A DNA stretch of 60,408 nt from Clostridia bacterium (GCA_017628755.1 JAGBYM010000159.1:1-60408), one strand, 5' to 3'; counted from the first letter of the stretch, positions 20,201 to 31,900 are shown. Notes: generated by a model from the letters alone, not told the origin. Translations and numbers: made by a program.

Positions 20201-21545
20201 CAGAACAGACGGAAACGATGCCGGCGCTCATTTCGCAAGCCAGTATGCGGAATTTGCTGATATTTACGTAATCAACAGCGAAAGCCGCCAGGGTTGGAGC
20301 GACAATTCCTACTACGTTGATAACGTAGCGGTAACCGGAATGCAATATATCCCTTCGAAGGGTGATCCCAACACCTACCTCTTCTATGAATTTGACGAGG
20401 AAGGAATCTGCCTCGGCGAAGCTAACAACCTTATCGAATATCAGGGAGATAAGTATTACGTAAGCTTTGGTGAAAAGCAGACCGGCTGGCAGTCCTGGAC
20501 GGATGACGAAGCCAACGAGCTCTTCTACTATTGCGATCCCGCAACCGGAAAGGCTGTTGACGGCGTTCAGACTATAGGCGTCTTTACCTTCACTTTTGAG
20601 AATTGCGTTCTCGTAAGAGGTGATCTTGTAAAGAGCGGATGTGCCTGCGTCGGCAGCAAGAACCAGGATGACGCTCACGTGGGATACACCGGTGTATCTT
20701 ACAGATGGGCTGAAAGCTGGGTTTCCGGTAAATGGGTTGAGGTTGACGGAAATTATTATTATTTCCGCAAGTACCACAACGTTGCAACAACCGGTCTGTA
20801 TCCTATTTGGGACAGCGCCGGAGCTCCCACAGACAAGGTCGGATACTATCTCTTTGATGAAAACGGCGTTTTCATGAAGGACTTTACCGGTATTTATGAA
20901 GATTACTATATCGAAAACGGCGTAGCATGGGAATACAGAAACCATATAGTAAAGGTTGACGGTTACTATTATTGTGTTGACGCCTCATCCCTGAAGATCA
21001 TAAAGAACACCTCCCGCGCTATCAGCGCCGCTATCGCCGGTGTTTATAAGGACGCTATCCCCGAGGATATTTATGAGTTTGACGAGCAGGGAAGAATGGT
21101 TACTCCGCTTGTTGAAACCGACGGCGCAGATAAGATCGAAGGCTGTGAGGTAGAGGTTCTCGGTAAGGTCGTTAATATTACGACAACCGAAGCAACTCCC
21201 GTATTCAAGGTCGGTTACGTTGACGATGGCGACCTCTACGTTGAGGTTGAAGGAAAGGATAACGGAGACGGAACCTACAAGTATGAGGTTGCTGCTGAAG
21301 CAACCAGCGTATTTGTGGTTGTAGTCGGAGACGCAAACGGCGACGGCGTATTTGATGCCGCTGACGTAACGAAGCTTGCGGAATCGCTCATGCCTCTCGG
21401 ACAGGATCTTGAGGAAGGCGCGGCATTTGCGGCAGACCTCAACGGCAATAACCGCCTCAACAGCGCGGACAGAATTATGCTTGCCCGCACACTCCTCCCC
21501 GAGGATCATCCTCTTCATATCGACATTGCGGATCTGTTCAATTAA
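17265..21545 (+). CDS. Secreted 1426-aa protein: unknown N-domain, phosphodiester glycosidase (NAGPA), Ig-like Big_2, cell-wall-binding repeats, dockerin
   Basis: Signal peptide MMKKTSTRFVAFILMVVMLVGMIPMNTFA. NAGPA hallmarks are RTAIGIKPDGSVVMMVLDGRQ and AINLDGGGSTT. GW/YYF-type repeats include GKWVEVDGNYYYF and VGYYLFDENGVFM. A C-terminal dockerin is present. Confidence 0.85.
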   Translation: MMKKTSTRFVAFILMVVMLVGMIPMNTFAENGSVSTYEEFMADFKILETYAEEYASKLFKDAGELVMNFIRTGVERYQDDNWNTLAGPENTGFANFVAQMDAENGTTVMDLRDIKIDNFILPNGNQTDFGHMFGCMNISYVAPGSADLSGWAGDICDLLMYSAFSVTVPEGTVDEMAEYIGKNCFGVNAPNAYGWDDFYGDLDAYYLITEYKKGSAKLSEIMEAYFDAELDDVERSVYFMNNRFGVEDSREAVRKAIYEAYSSDVGLKVLESKRELTSYNTLRQACCYAFADYVYEKAQGKLIAGENGGEEMDNEYYTVFSTDSSVLAPGISQEINYAKTADGKQIVYYVATVDVTRDDVTIMANYKDNDPSKGWGYQRVEDQVKAMVNNYEDKYEYFTPVVATNADGYNMSTGEPSGLLVMDGVEWHSINNNGFFAILKDGSAMIGSREDYEEYKDQLQEAIGGFGTFLVVDGKINVTKSPNYASTRASRTAIGIKPDGSVVMMVLDGRQLPFSAGGAMEEIAQIMYDAGCEIAINLDGGGSTTYLSKPAGSDNIKLVNRPSDGYARSVSTSLVAISFAKSSNEFDHAVISSDYDYITAGTSMQFNVTGVSNTGNTAVIPEGAYWKVSDETIATIDKDTGLFTALANGAVTVDYIVNGESAGSKVINVVIPDALAMESIAMNAIYGEPATLPLVATYKGSPVCVKPEDFYVALQYSNAGYVDGLTFTPYEEAGYRTFVAGAQFLADETLYAMIQVNLFRADESMFDFDNATYGNRTLAWNREVINAHTADNMLYRISDPKLPIDIEYTFALDMTSIDIPVQLEPLKGMLPGADTGATAWQFLLQLAERVCEQTGVVISIGFSENLEVNIDELKVINEYFELSSAVVDQETNVLTLKCNWVDQTAAIDAATANPICILDGIKATVKKDASYVNNEILISNNGHVSYDVYLASSTLKGFADKPENQALYGLIPYVHDPACRTDGNDAGAHFASQYAEFADIYVINSESRQGWSDNSYYVDNVAVTGMQYIPSKGDPNTYLFYEFDEEGICLGEANNLIEYQGDKYYVSFGEKQTGWQSWTDDEANELFYYCDPATGKAVDGVQTIGVFTFTFENCVLVRGDLVKSGCACVGSKNQDDAHVGYTGVSYRWAESWVSGKWVEVDGNYYYFRKYHNVATTGLYPIWDSAGAPTDKVGYYLFDENGVFMKDFTGIYEDYYIENGVAWEYRNHIVKVDGYYYCVDASSLKIIKNTSRAISAAIAGVYKDAIPEDIYEFDEQGRMVTPLVETDGADKIEGCEVEVLGKVVNITTTEATPVFKVGYVDDGDLYVEVEGKDNGDGTYKYEVAAEATSVFVVVVGDANGDGVFDAADVTKLAESLMPLGQDLEEGAAFAADLNGNNRLNSADRIMLARTLLPEDHPLHIDIADLFN
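18471..19000 (+). other. Phosphodiester glycosidase (NAGPA/DUF2233) domain core
   Basis: ATNADGYN..GLLVMDG..RTAIGIKPDG..VLDGRQ..NLDGGGSTT. Confidence 0.75.
21327..21497 (+). other. Dockerin module (two Ca-binding repeats)
   Basis: GDANGDGVFDAADVTKLAESL ... ADLNGNNRLNSADRIMLARTLL. Confidence 0.8.
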
Positions 21546-21561
21546 TAATTAATAAAAAATC

Positions 21562-21596
21562 GCATCTTACCGTCCCTTTTCGGGATGGTAAGATGC
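21562..21596 (+). terminator. Strong hairpin after the 1426-aa gene (possible terminator or attenuator; no U-tract)
   Basis: GCATCTTACCGTCCC-ttttc-GGGATGGTAAGATGC. It is preceded by an A-run and followed by AAAAGT rather than Ts. Confidence 0.4.
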
Positions 21597-21667
21597 AAAA
21601 GTCGGATATTGGTATCTTCAATTTTGATGTTACACAATAATTCGATTGGATCGGAAGTGTTGACTGA

Positions 21668-22249
21668 TTGTTTGATGTTATAACAGGAATTGTATGGTCA
21701 ATTGTTTATTTGCTTATTGTAATATACGGTATAAGATATAAAAAAGAAAAGAAAATCATGATGCCATTAATCCCCGGAAGCATATGTATTGCATGGGAGT
21801 TAAATGCGCTTATCATTTCTCGTGGATTGTGGGTGCATGTTTTATGGCTGGGATTGGATGTATTTATCTTTATCTTGAATATTTACAACATTGCAAAATT
21901 ACGAAACCGGATATTGTATATAACAATGACCGTATTTTGGGCAGTATTTTTTGCATTTTTGTTTAGAATTACTGCTTTTGACCTAATGTTTATTTCGAGC
22001 TTTTTGCTTGATCTCGGTATAGCCGTTGGTTATGTTATAAAAGCCAAAGATATTTCTAGACATGGACAGATACCAATAGCGATTACAAAATTATTAGGAG
22101 ATATGTGTGCTTGTATCTTTTACTCACAGTTTTCAAATTTGATTGTTGTAATAGGTATAATAGTATTTCTTCTTAATCTTTATTATTTAGCAAAATGTTT
22201 GGATTTAGCGGCGCGAGTGTTTGAAAATAAATGCAAAAAGAGAGGATAA
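21668..22249 (+). CDS. Hypothetical 6-TM membrane protein (AT-rich gene)
   Basis: 193 aa with a TTG start and a weak RBS. Strongly hydrophobic segments. Followed 3 nt later by the Lgt-like gene. Confidence 0.5.
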   Translation: MFDVITGIVWSIVYLLIVIYGIRYKKEKKIMMPLIPGSICIAWELNALIISRGLWVHVLWLGLDVFIFILNIYNIAKLRNRILYITMTVFWAVFFAFLFRITAFDLMFISSFLLDLGIAVGYVIKAKDISRHGQIPIAITKLLGDMCACIFYSQFSNLIVVIGIIVFLLNLYYLAKCLDLAARVFENKCKKRG

Positions 22250-22252
22250 GTT

Positions 22253-22957
22253 GTGATAGATTTTTTAATCCAATACTGTTTATATCTTATCCTTGCGGTG
22301 GCAACCGCTTTTGGATATTTCTGGATAAGCCAATTCAAAGAAAAACTCGGTATTAAAGAATGGATGGCGTTAGTAATATCTATTATTCATACACTTTGTG
22401 GAGTAGTTTGTGTAAAGCTGTTTGCTTTTCTTGAATCGGGACGGGGCGGTATGAGTTTGTATGGCGCGATATTTTTCTTGCCTATTATGTATTACATATG
22501 CGCTAAGTTAACAAAACGTAGAGTGGCAGATGTTTTTGACATCTTTACTGTGTGTACAGCGATGACTCTTATGTTCTCACGTTTTAATTGTCTGATTGAG
22601 GGATGTTGCACTGGTCTTGTTATTCCGGGAACAGAATCGATGCAATTTCCGACTCGCGAAGCTGAAATACTGTTTTACATAATACTATATATTGTTTTGC
22701 GAAAAAAAGTTTGCAATCACAAATATAGCGGAAAAATTTATCCTTATTATATGATATCTTATGGTGCTTTCAGGTTTGTGGTAGAATTTTTCCGTGAATC
22801 GAATATGAAATTTGGATGGTTTCATATTTCGCACATTTGGTCGCTGCTTTCTGCTATCATAGGTCTGGCGGCGATATATTTAATAAATACAAATAATAAA
22901 AAAGGAAATCAACCACGTTCTAAACATAAAAAAATATCTAAGGAGGCGGTTAAATAA
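22253..22957 (+). CDS. Prolipoprotein diacylglyceryl transferase (Lgt) family paralogue
   Basis: 234 aa. SRFNCLIEGCCTG matches GRxGCxxxGCCYG of Firmicute Lgt. FPTREAEILF matches P..Q.YE. YGAFRFVVEFFRE matches Y..RF..EF.R. Its stop TAA directly abuts the ATG of the 4013-aa gene. Confidence 0.7.
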   Translation: MIDFLIQYCLYLILAVATAFGYFWISQFKEKLGIKEWMALVISIIHTLCGVVCVKLFAFLESGRGGMSLYGAIFFLPIMYYICAKLTKRRVADVFDIFTVCTAMTLMFSRFNCLIEGCCTGLVIPGTESMQFPTREAEILFYIILYIVLRKKVCNHKYSGKIYPYYMISYGAFRFVVEFFRESNMKFGWFHISHIWSLLSAIIGLAAIYLINTNNKKGNQPRSKHKKISKEAVK

Positions 22958-25900
22958 ATGAATATAAGTGTTGAAAAACGATTTTTGTCTCTGCTTTTGG
23001 CGTTTATTATGGTATTTTCTCTGTTCCCGTGGTGGACGCTGGATGTCGGTGCGGCTTCGTATAAAACCGAGACAGGTTCCATAGGAAATATCGGATATAG
23101 TGTTAAAGTACCAATAACATCCGACAAAAAGGAAGACCTGGGTAGTTTTAATGTAAATGGTAATACGATAAATGCATCAGCTAAAAGTGAGTATAAATAT
23201 GATAATGGTGGATGCTTTTCGGATCCAAGCGTTACATTCACGGCTACAACAATTACTATTACATTAACAAATAATTCTGGTTCGGATGCTGTAATTGGAT
23301 TTTTGTTTGATGGCGGCAGTACAGTTACTGTTTCCGGAGTGAGCATTGGTACTGGAGGTAATTACGTATCTCCGAAGTTGGAACATGGAGCAAGTATTGA
23401 GATTGCTATGAAAAGCCCTGCTACCGGTACACCGTATGTGGAACAAAAGTACGGTGTTGGTGACACTTTTAACTTGAATCTCAATGATATATATTTGCAG
23501 ATTAAAGAAACAGTAACTATTGAGTACGATGCGGTTGCAAATGGTACTTATACTGTTGACGGAGTAAGTGTTCAGGAAAAATCCAGCAAACAAATTGATA
23601 CTACGCAAGATATAGTTTTGGTTGCAACTCCTGCGGATGGTTATGTGTTTGCGGGATGGAAAAATTTAACCACAGGAAAATATTTCTCTTTCGAGTCAAG
23701 CGTTACTACAAAGTTTTCGAGTAATGCATCGTTTGAACCTTCGTTTGTATGGGGCGGAGATGTAGCATGGGCAATTTCCGGATCACAATACGCTACTTTG
23801 GATGATGCTCTGGCTGCGGTAACTCCAGGTTATACTATCACACAAATTAAAGAAACTGTTACCCTAACAAAGAATTATACCATTCCCGCAGCTGTTACCC
23901 TTTTCATTCCTTGTGATACTGAATACACTGTATGCACAGACCAACCTAACGTTATGGATAGCTATATAGCTACTCCCACTCCGTTCCGCACGCTTGTTTT
24001 GGCAAATAACGTCAAGCTTACGGTACAGGGTAATATATGTGTTGAGGGTTCGCAAGCACCCGATCAGGGGTATAATGGCGCTCCTACCGGACCTGTCGGC
24101 TTTATCAGAATGGCTTCAGGCAGTGAGATCATCCTGGAATCGGGTGCTAATTTATACGCTTGGGGCTATATAACAACTGACGGAATAAATGGCGAAGGTA
24201 CTGTAACTGCAAAGAACGGAGCTTCCGTATACGAGTGCTTCCAGATGATGGACTTCCGAGGCGGTAGCTGTTTGGCTTTGGGAACTTCGATAAGCGATGG
24301 AGGCTTGGGCGGAATTATAGGCGGCATTTTTGGTGATAACGGTATGATCAATAATACCAAAGAAGTTTTCCCAATGTCGCAGTATTACATACAGAATATT
24401 GAAGTCCCATTGACTCTCAATGCAGGCGCTGTAGAGAGGGCATATATGTCTACTAATGCCGGAGGATTGAGCGGTAGTGAAATAGCAGGTGCAATTATTC
24501 CGATCATTTCCGGTTCTTCGGAATCAATGTTCCAGTTAACCTCGGGTACTATTTCCAAGGATTTCAACGAATCTACCGGAAGAATTGAGTTTGAGATCCA
24601 TAACGGTGCGCTTACAGTCAATTCCATCAATATGAGTATGAAATTGATGGGTGTGCAGCAGACTCTCAATTCTGCGAATTTCATACTTCCTATTCCCGGA
24701 CATATGTCGGTTACCGCATCAGGCAACAGTACGGTAATTATAAACCAGGATATTGCGCTATTCCCCGGATCTGAGTTCGTTATAGAAGAAGGTGTTCACT
24801 GTACACTTCCTTCCGGGTATAAGATCATCGTATACGATGCAGACGATTGGGGAGGGTACTGTTCTTCGGTAAACGTGCCGTTCTGTCCCCTTGTTTATGC
24901 ACCCGGAAGGGCTTCCGTCTCTATGGGCAATTACGATGATGATCCTAACAAAAGACCTGTAAGTCTTAGCGGTGTGCCGGTTGACGGCCTTGCTTTGACA
25001 CCGGATGTAGAAAAGGATTATGGTGAGCTTGGCATACATCTCATCAGTAAGGCCGTCATGAATGACGCAACGGTTCGTATCAACGGAACAATTGATGCTT
25101 CGGGCGGTGCGGTTTATACAACCTCCGGCGGAGCAAATATCTATACCACAGGCTCCGGTGTGGTAATTACAAAACCCGGAACCGAAACAACAACCTATCA
25201 GGCAACTCAGGCTGCGTCAACACCTTCGTATCTTCCCATTACAATTACTCCCGCTGTGATGAGAGACGGAAACGGTGATGCTTTTGAAACCGCGGGTGTT
25301 GAAGGAACTTCCACTTATAATTATTGTACCGAGTCAGGTCATAATAAGTGGTATAACATCAACAGCACTGATAGCACCACAGTTACGCCTCCGACGTGCG
25401 TGGACGTCGGTTATACGACGGTTGCATGTAAGTGCGGATCTTCCTATAAAACCGCTGAAGTTCCCGCAACCGGAATTCATACTCCCGGAGATGCTGTAGT
25501 TGAGAATACGGTTGCCGAAACCTGCGGAAAAGACGGTTCTTATGACTCTGTAGTATACTGTACCGTATGTTCCCAGGAGCTCAGCCGCAATAAGATTACA
25601 GTTCCGGCAACGGGTAAACATACCGAAGTGATCGACGCGGTGGTTCCCGCAACCTGTACCGCAACCGGTCTTACCGAGGGTAAGCACTGTTCGGTATGTA
25701 ATGCAGTACTTGTAGCGCAGAATGTTACCGCTGCCCTTGGCCATACCTTTGAAACGGTTGGCGCCAAGGCTCCGACTTGTAGCGCTACGGGTAACATAGA
25801 GCACAAGAAGTGTACTGCTTGCTCGAAATTCTTTGCCGCTGACGCCGCTAATGATTCCACGGCAGGCAACGATACCGCAGAAGCGTTTAATCTTCCTATC

Positions 25901-28900
25901 GTTCCCACCGCTCACAAGTGGGAAAGCGAGTTCACGGTAGATAAGAAGGCTACCTGCACTGAAGTAGGTCAGAAGAGCTATCATTGCGAATACTGCGATA
26001 CCCAAAACACCGAATCGGTCACTGAAATTGCAAAGAGAGCGCATAATTACGTTGACACTACCGTAAATACTGCGCCTACCTGCCAGTTGCCCGGTACTAT
26101 GAATCAGAAGTGCGCGCACGAGGCTTCGGATGAATACGAGGCTTGTACTTCGACAACCACAAGAGTAATTGACAAAGACCCCAACGCTCACGGTTGGGAA
26201 ACCGAATATACGGTAGACCAAAAGGCTTCCTGCTTCCAAACGGGTAAGATGAGCTATCACTGTGCATACTGTGATGTGATCAACCCCGAATCGGTAGTCA
26301 CAATTGAAGTCAGAGAGCATAATTTTGTTGATACTACTGTCGAAGAGCCTTCTACTTGTACAGTAGACGGTATCATGAATCAGAAGTGCGATCACGCGGC
26401 TTCCGATGAATATTTGGCGTGTAATGCAACCACTACCAGACCGTACAAAGACCCCAACGCACATAAGTGGGCAACCACTTATACCGTAGACTGGAAGGCA
26501 ACGTGTGATGCTGACGGTCAGATGAGCTATCATTGCGTATACTGCGGCGTAGTCAATACCGAATCCGCAGTTGCGATCGAAAAGAGAGCTCACGTATACA
26601 AGGATAACGGAGTACATACCGCGGCTACGTGTAGTGCAGAGGGTGTGATGTATACGATCTGTACCAACATCGAAACCGATACACATAAAGCTTGTACTCA
26701 TGAATCCACCAGAGAGATTCCGATTGATCCCAATGCTCACAAGTGGGAAACTACTTACACAGTAGACAAAAAGGCTTCCTGCTCTGAAGCAGGTCAGAAG
26801 AGCTATCACTGTGAATACTGTAACACGATCAATGAGGCTTCCAAGGTCGTTATCGAGCAGAGAGCACATGATCTCAAGGATACTACAGTTCAGCTCGCTG
26901 CTACCTGCTCGGCAGCCGGTATTATGAATCAGGAATGTGTTCATGAAGCTATCGATGAATACGAGGCTTGCGATTACACTACTACAAGAGAAATCGCGAT
27001 CAATCCCTCCGCTCATGAGTGGGACAATCCTTCTTACACATGGTTAGGCAAAGAATGCCAGGCTGAACGTGTTTGTAAACACAACAATGCACACAAAGAG
27101 TCCGCTTACGCTGATGGCGAGTCTGTTACCTCCTCTGTCAAGATTCCCGCTACCTGTGAGGTAGCAGGAACTACTACCTATACGGCAGTATTCGATGGCG
27201 TAGAATGGACGGTTCCCCAGAAAATGGATCTCCAGGATATTTCCGCGCTTGGTCACAAATGGAGCGTAAGCTACGCTTGGACTCAGGAGGCGGACAAGTG
27301 GATTTGTACCGCAACACATACCTGCGCAAACAGCGATAGCTGTACCGAAACCAAAAAGGTTGAGGCAAGCAGCGGAGTCAAGACTCCCGCAACCTGTACC
27401 GTAGACGGATGGACTACCTACACTGCAACTTTTGAGGCAACGTGGGCAAAAACCCAGACTCGGGAAGAGCAGGATATCCCCGCGATCGCACACAAGAACA
27501 AGGTTCATCATGCTAAAGTTGACGCAACCTGTGTGGCAACCGGTGTAATCGAATACTGGTCCTGCCCCGACTGCGGAAAGAACTTCTCTGATGAAGCTTG
27601 CACTACCGAGGTAACGAAGCTTACTATAGAGATCGATTCCAATAACCACGATCTTAAGACAACCGATGCCAAGGCACCGACCTGTGAAGATATCGGTTGG
27701 GATGAGTACGTAACCTGTCAGAGAGAGGGTTGCGGACATACGACTTATGTCGAAATCACTGCGCTCGGTCATGATTACGACGAAACCAAGAACGAATCAA
27801 ACCTTACAAGACCCGTAAAGAACGGTGACACTTGGTCTGACGGTTATTATACCTTCACTTGTAAGAATGATCCGTCTCATACGAAGACCGAATCTGTCAA
27901 GAGAGCGGATTATACCGCTTATGAGGCTGCAAAGAGCGAACTCGAGAGTCTTCTTGCGCTTGACCTGACTGCTGAGGCAAAGGCGGAAATCAATAACGTG
28001 CTTGCTGCCAACGAGTTGGATGACAACCTCATCGAAGCAGAGAAGATAAGCGTTGATACCGCAACCGCGAATCTGACTGCGGCGTATAATGCATATAAGA
28101 ATGCATTCAATTCCTATACCGTAAACTTCGTTGTAAACGGCGAAACGGTCAAGACCGAAACCGTTGTCAGCGGCGGTAAGGCAACCGCTCCCGAAAATCC
28201 CGCTAAATCTTATGATGGTACCTATCATTATAGCTTCTCGGGTTGGGATAATGCGTTCGATAATGTTACCGCAGATGTGACTGTAACTGCACAGTTCACT
28301 TCGATCGCGCACACTTTCACGTCTCATACCGACAAGGACGACACCGTTCATACCGACAAGTGCGCTTGCGGCTATGAAACCGATGTTGCTCACAGCTATA
28401 ACAGCGGAGTTGTTACAACACCTTCCACTTGTATCGAAAAGGGCGTAAAGACGTTTACCTGTTCGCTCTGCTCTGGTACGAGAACCGAAGAAGTTGATTT
28501 CGATGCCGCAAACCATGCAAGCAAAGATTATGAATACGTTGATAATGACAACGGAACTCATATCAAGAAGTACGCTTGCTGTGAGGTTGTGATCGAATCT
28601 TCCGAGAATCATATTTATAACGCAGTTGGCGAATGTGCTTGTACAAACAAGGCTGAAGCAAAGCTCGGCGGAACCTACTATTACAAGTTCGTTGATGCCG
28701 TTGCCGCTGCTGCGAACGGTCAGACAGTTACTCTCTGCCGCGATGCGGTTGGAGCGGGTGTTGTGATCGACAAGTCAATCACCATCGATTTCGGCGGTTA
28801 TACCTACACCTTCAATTGCCCCGTAGGCTCTTCGGGTACCGAAACTCTCGGTTTCCAGATCTTTGAGGGTAACAGCGTAACCCTTAAGAACGGTACTCTT

Positions 28901-31900
28901 ACCGCAAATGACGGAACAAATGCTAACGGCAAGGTGACCAAGGTTCTTGTTCAGAACTACGCGAACCTGACCGTAGATAATATGAATCTTATCGGAAACG
29001 ATAATATCCAGTATTGCCTCTCCAACAACAGTGGTGAGATCAATATCACCGGTAACACTACAATTACCGCAACAGGCGATAACGTAGCGTTCGACGTATA
29101 TTATTACGAAGGCTACGAAGCTCCCGTTGTAAACGTAAATACCACAGGTAAGATCACGGGTAAGATCGAGGTTTCCGAATCGATCAATGACAATTTGAAT
29201 ATTTCAAACGGTACTTATACCTTTGAGATCAAGCCGGAATGGTGCGCAGATACTTATGAGGTTACTTATAACTCTGCTGACGGTACCTACGGTGTTAAGA
29301 AGCACTATGTTGCCGCTATCGGCGATATTCAGTACACTTCTTTGAAGGATGCTGTTGATGCTGCTAAGCCCGGCGAAACTATCACTCTGCTCGGTAACGA
29401 TACCGGTTCGGGTGTCGTGATCGACAAGGCGATAACCGTTGATTTTAAGGGTTATACTTACACCGTAAACTCTCCCGTAGGTTCTGCGGGAACCGAAACT
29501 CTCGGATTCCAGATCCTTGCGGACGGCGTAACGCTTAAGAACGGTGCTCTTGCCGCAAATGACGGAACAAACGAGCACGGCAAGGTCACCAAGGTTCTCA
29601 TTATGACCTACGCTGATCTGAATGTTGACGGACTTACTCTTAGAGGCAACAGCAATATTCTTTACTGTCTCTCCGTCAATAGCGGAACAGTTACCGTAAA
29701 TAATTCCACTATTATTGCAACTGCGGGTAACGTGGCGTTTGATGCTTGTAAGTATTCAAGCTACGAAATACCCAATGTTATCCTTACCAATACAAACGTA
29801 ACCGGTAAGGTTGAGCTCACCGGCGGTAACGTAACGCTTGAAAGCGGCACGTATAATGCTGATTTCGATGTTCAGTTGGGTGAGCTTACCGTAAAGGGCG
29901 GTTCTTACTCTACGAACGTTACCGAGTACTGTGTTCCCGGCGACCATACCGCTCCCGATGGTAATCTTTACACCTACGGTGCTCATGATTACAGTTCTGT
30001 TTACACCGCACCTACCTTCGATGCGGACGGCTTCACCACCTATACCTGTATCTGCGGCGATGTATATGTGACTACCGAAGAGGGATCACAGAAGATCGCA
30101 GTTGCAAAGATCGGTGACGTGAGATACGAATCTCTCGCAGAAGCTGTTGCGGCAGCACAGGAAAACGATACTATCCTTCTTGTTAAGGATACTGTTGGTT
30201 CGGGTGTTGTAATCGACAAGTCGATCACCATCGACTTCGGCGGTTATACCTACACCTTCAATTGTCCCGTAGGTTCTTCCGGTACCGAAACTCTCGGTTT
30301 CCAGATCCTTGCAGGCAACATCGTAACGCTTAAGAACGGTACTCTTACCGCAAATGGCGGAACAAATGCTAACGGCAAGGTGACCAAGGTTCTTGTTCAG
30401 AACTATGCTGACTTGACCGTTGAGAACATGAGCCTCGAAGGTAACGAAAACATTCTCTATTGTCTTTCTATCAACAGCGGTAGCGTGGAGATCAAGAATT
30501 CCACTATCACCGCAACAGACGGAAACGCAGCATTTGATGCTTGTAAGTACAGCACATACGCAATGCCTGACGTTAAGGTCGAAAACTCCACCATCGTTGG
30601 TAAGGTTGAGATCACAGGCGGTGACGTAGATCTTATGAGCGGAGATTATACCGAGGCAACCTTCGACGTTCAGTTGGGCGAGTTCACCGTCAACGGTGGC
30701 AGCTTCGCTCAGAATGTTACCGAGTACTGTGCTACCGGTTATCATACCGTCCTTAAGAACGGCATTTACGAATACGGTGCGCATACCTACTCCGAACCTC
30801 AGATCTTCAGATTCTGTGAAGAGGAAGGCTACATCCAGATCACTTGTCCCGATTGCGGAAACACTTACGATTCCCGCTCGGATAAGGAAGCAGAGATCTA
30901 TCTCAATGAGAATACTGTAGATCTGACTCCTCTTCGCCACGATTGGACAGTAACCTATAGCTTTGCGGTAGACGGATCGGCTTGCACCGCAACCCGCGTA
31001 TGCGGACACGATAACAGCCACAAGGAAACTGCGACAGCAACTATCACTTCCGATGTAACCACTCCCGCTACTTGCGAGGTAAAGGGTAAGACCACCTATA
31101 CTGCAACATTTGCCGAAGATTGGGCAGAGGGGCAGACATTGGAGGTAGAAGACGTAGATGCTCTTGACCATGATTGGACAGTAACCTACAGTTTTGCGGC
31201 AGACGGATCTGCTTGCACTGCTACTCACGTATGCGGACGCAACGCAGAACACAACGTAACAGTTGATGCTACCGCTATCACTTCCGAAAGAACTCCTCCC
31301 ACTACTTGCGAGGCAAAGGGTAAGACCACTTATACCGCAACATTTGCCGAAGATTGGGCAGAGGCACAGACATTGGAGGTAGAAGACGTAGATGCTCTTG
31401 GCCATGATTGGACAGTAACCTACGATTTTGCAGATGACGGATCTGCTTGCACCGCAACCCGCGTATGCGGCCGCAATGCAGAACACAACGTAACAGTTAA
31501 TGCTACCGCTATCACTTCCAATGTAACCACTCCCGCTACTTGCGAGGCAAAGGGTAAGACCACCTATACCGCAACATTTGCCGAGGATTGGGCAGAGGGA
31601 CAGACATTGGAGGTAGAAGACGTAGATGCTCTTGACCATGATTGGACAGTAACCTACGATTTTGCAGCTGACGGATCTGCTTGCACCGCAACCCGCGTAT
31701 GCGGACACGATGCAAATCATACTGATACTGCCACTGCAATTATAAGCAGTGTGGTGGAGACTCCCGCAACCTGTACCGAGGACGGTACAACTCTCTACAC
31801 CGCAACCTTTGAGGAAGCGTGGGCAGAAACCCAAACAAAGTTGGTAACAGATATACTTAAGCTTAATCACGATTACGTCATAAGCTATGTTTGGAGTGAA

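Noticed and set aside
17280-20945. 1221-aa ORF antisense to the 1426-aa gene. Similar long antisense ORFs lie at 25334-27016, 30086-33679, 33701-34447, 35469-36377, 47507-49012, 9489-10751, 5037-6260, 2769-3986, 11025-12065, 15952-16869, 39922-40710, 57003-58049 and 59643-60299.
   Set aside because: Every one I phase-checked is in codon-aligned antisense phase, so their openness follows from sense-strand avoidance of TTA/CTA/TCA. The translations are Arg/Ser/Cys/Val-rich low-information sequence with no RBS, signal or motif. The sense genes carry clear family motifs.
21600-25300. AT-rich segment as a prophage remnant or IS insertion.
   Set aside because: No integrase, transposase, terminal inverted repeats or flanking direct repeats are visible. 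The segment runs seamlessly into the giant ORF. It is kept only as a compositional observation.
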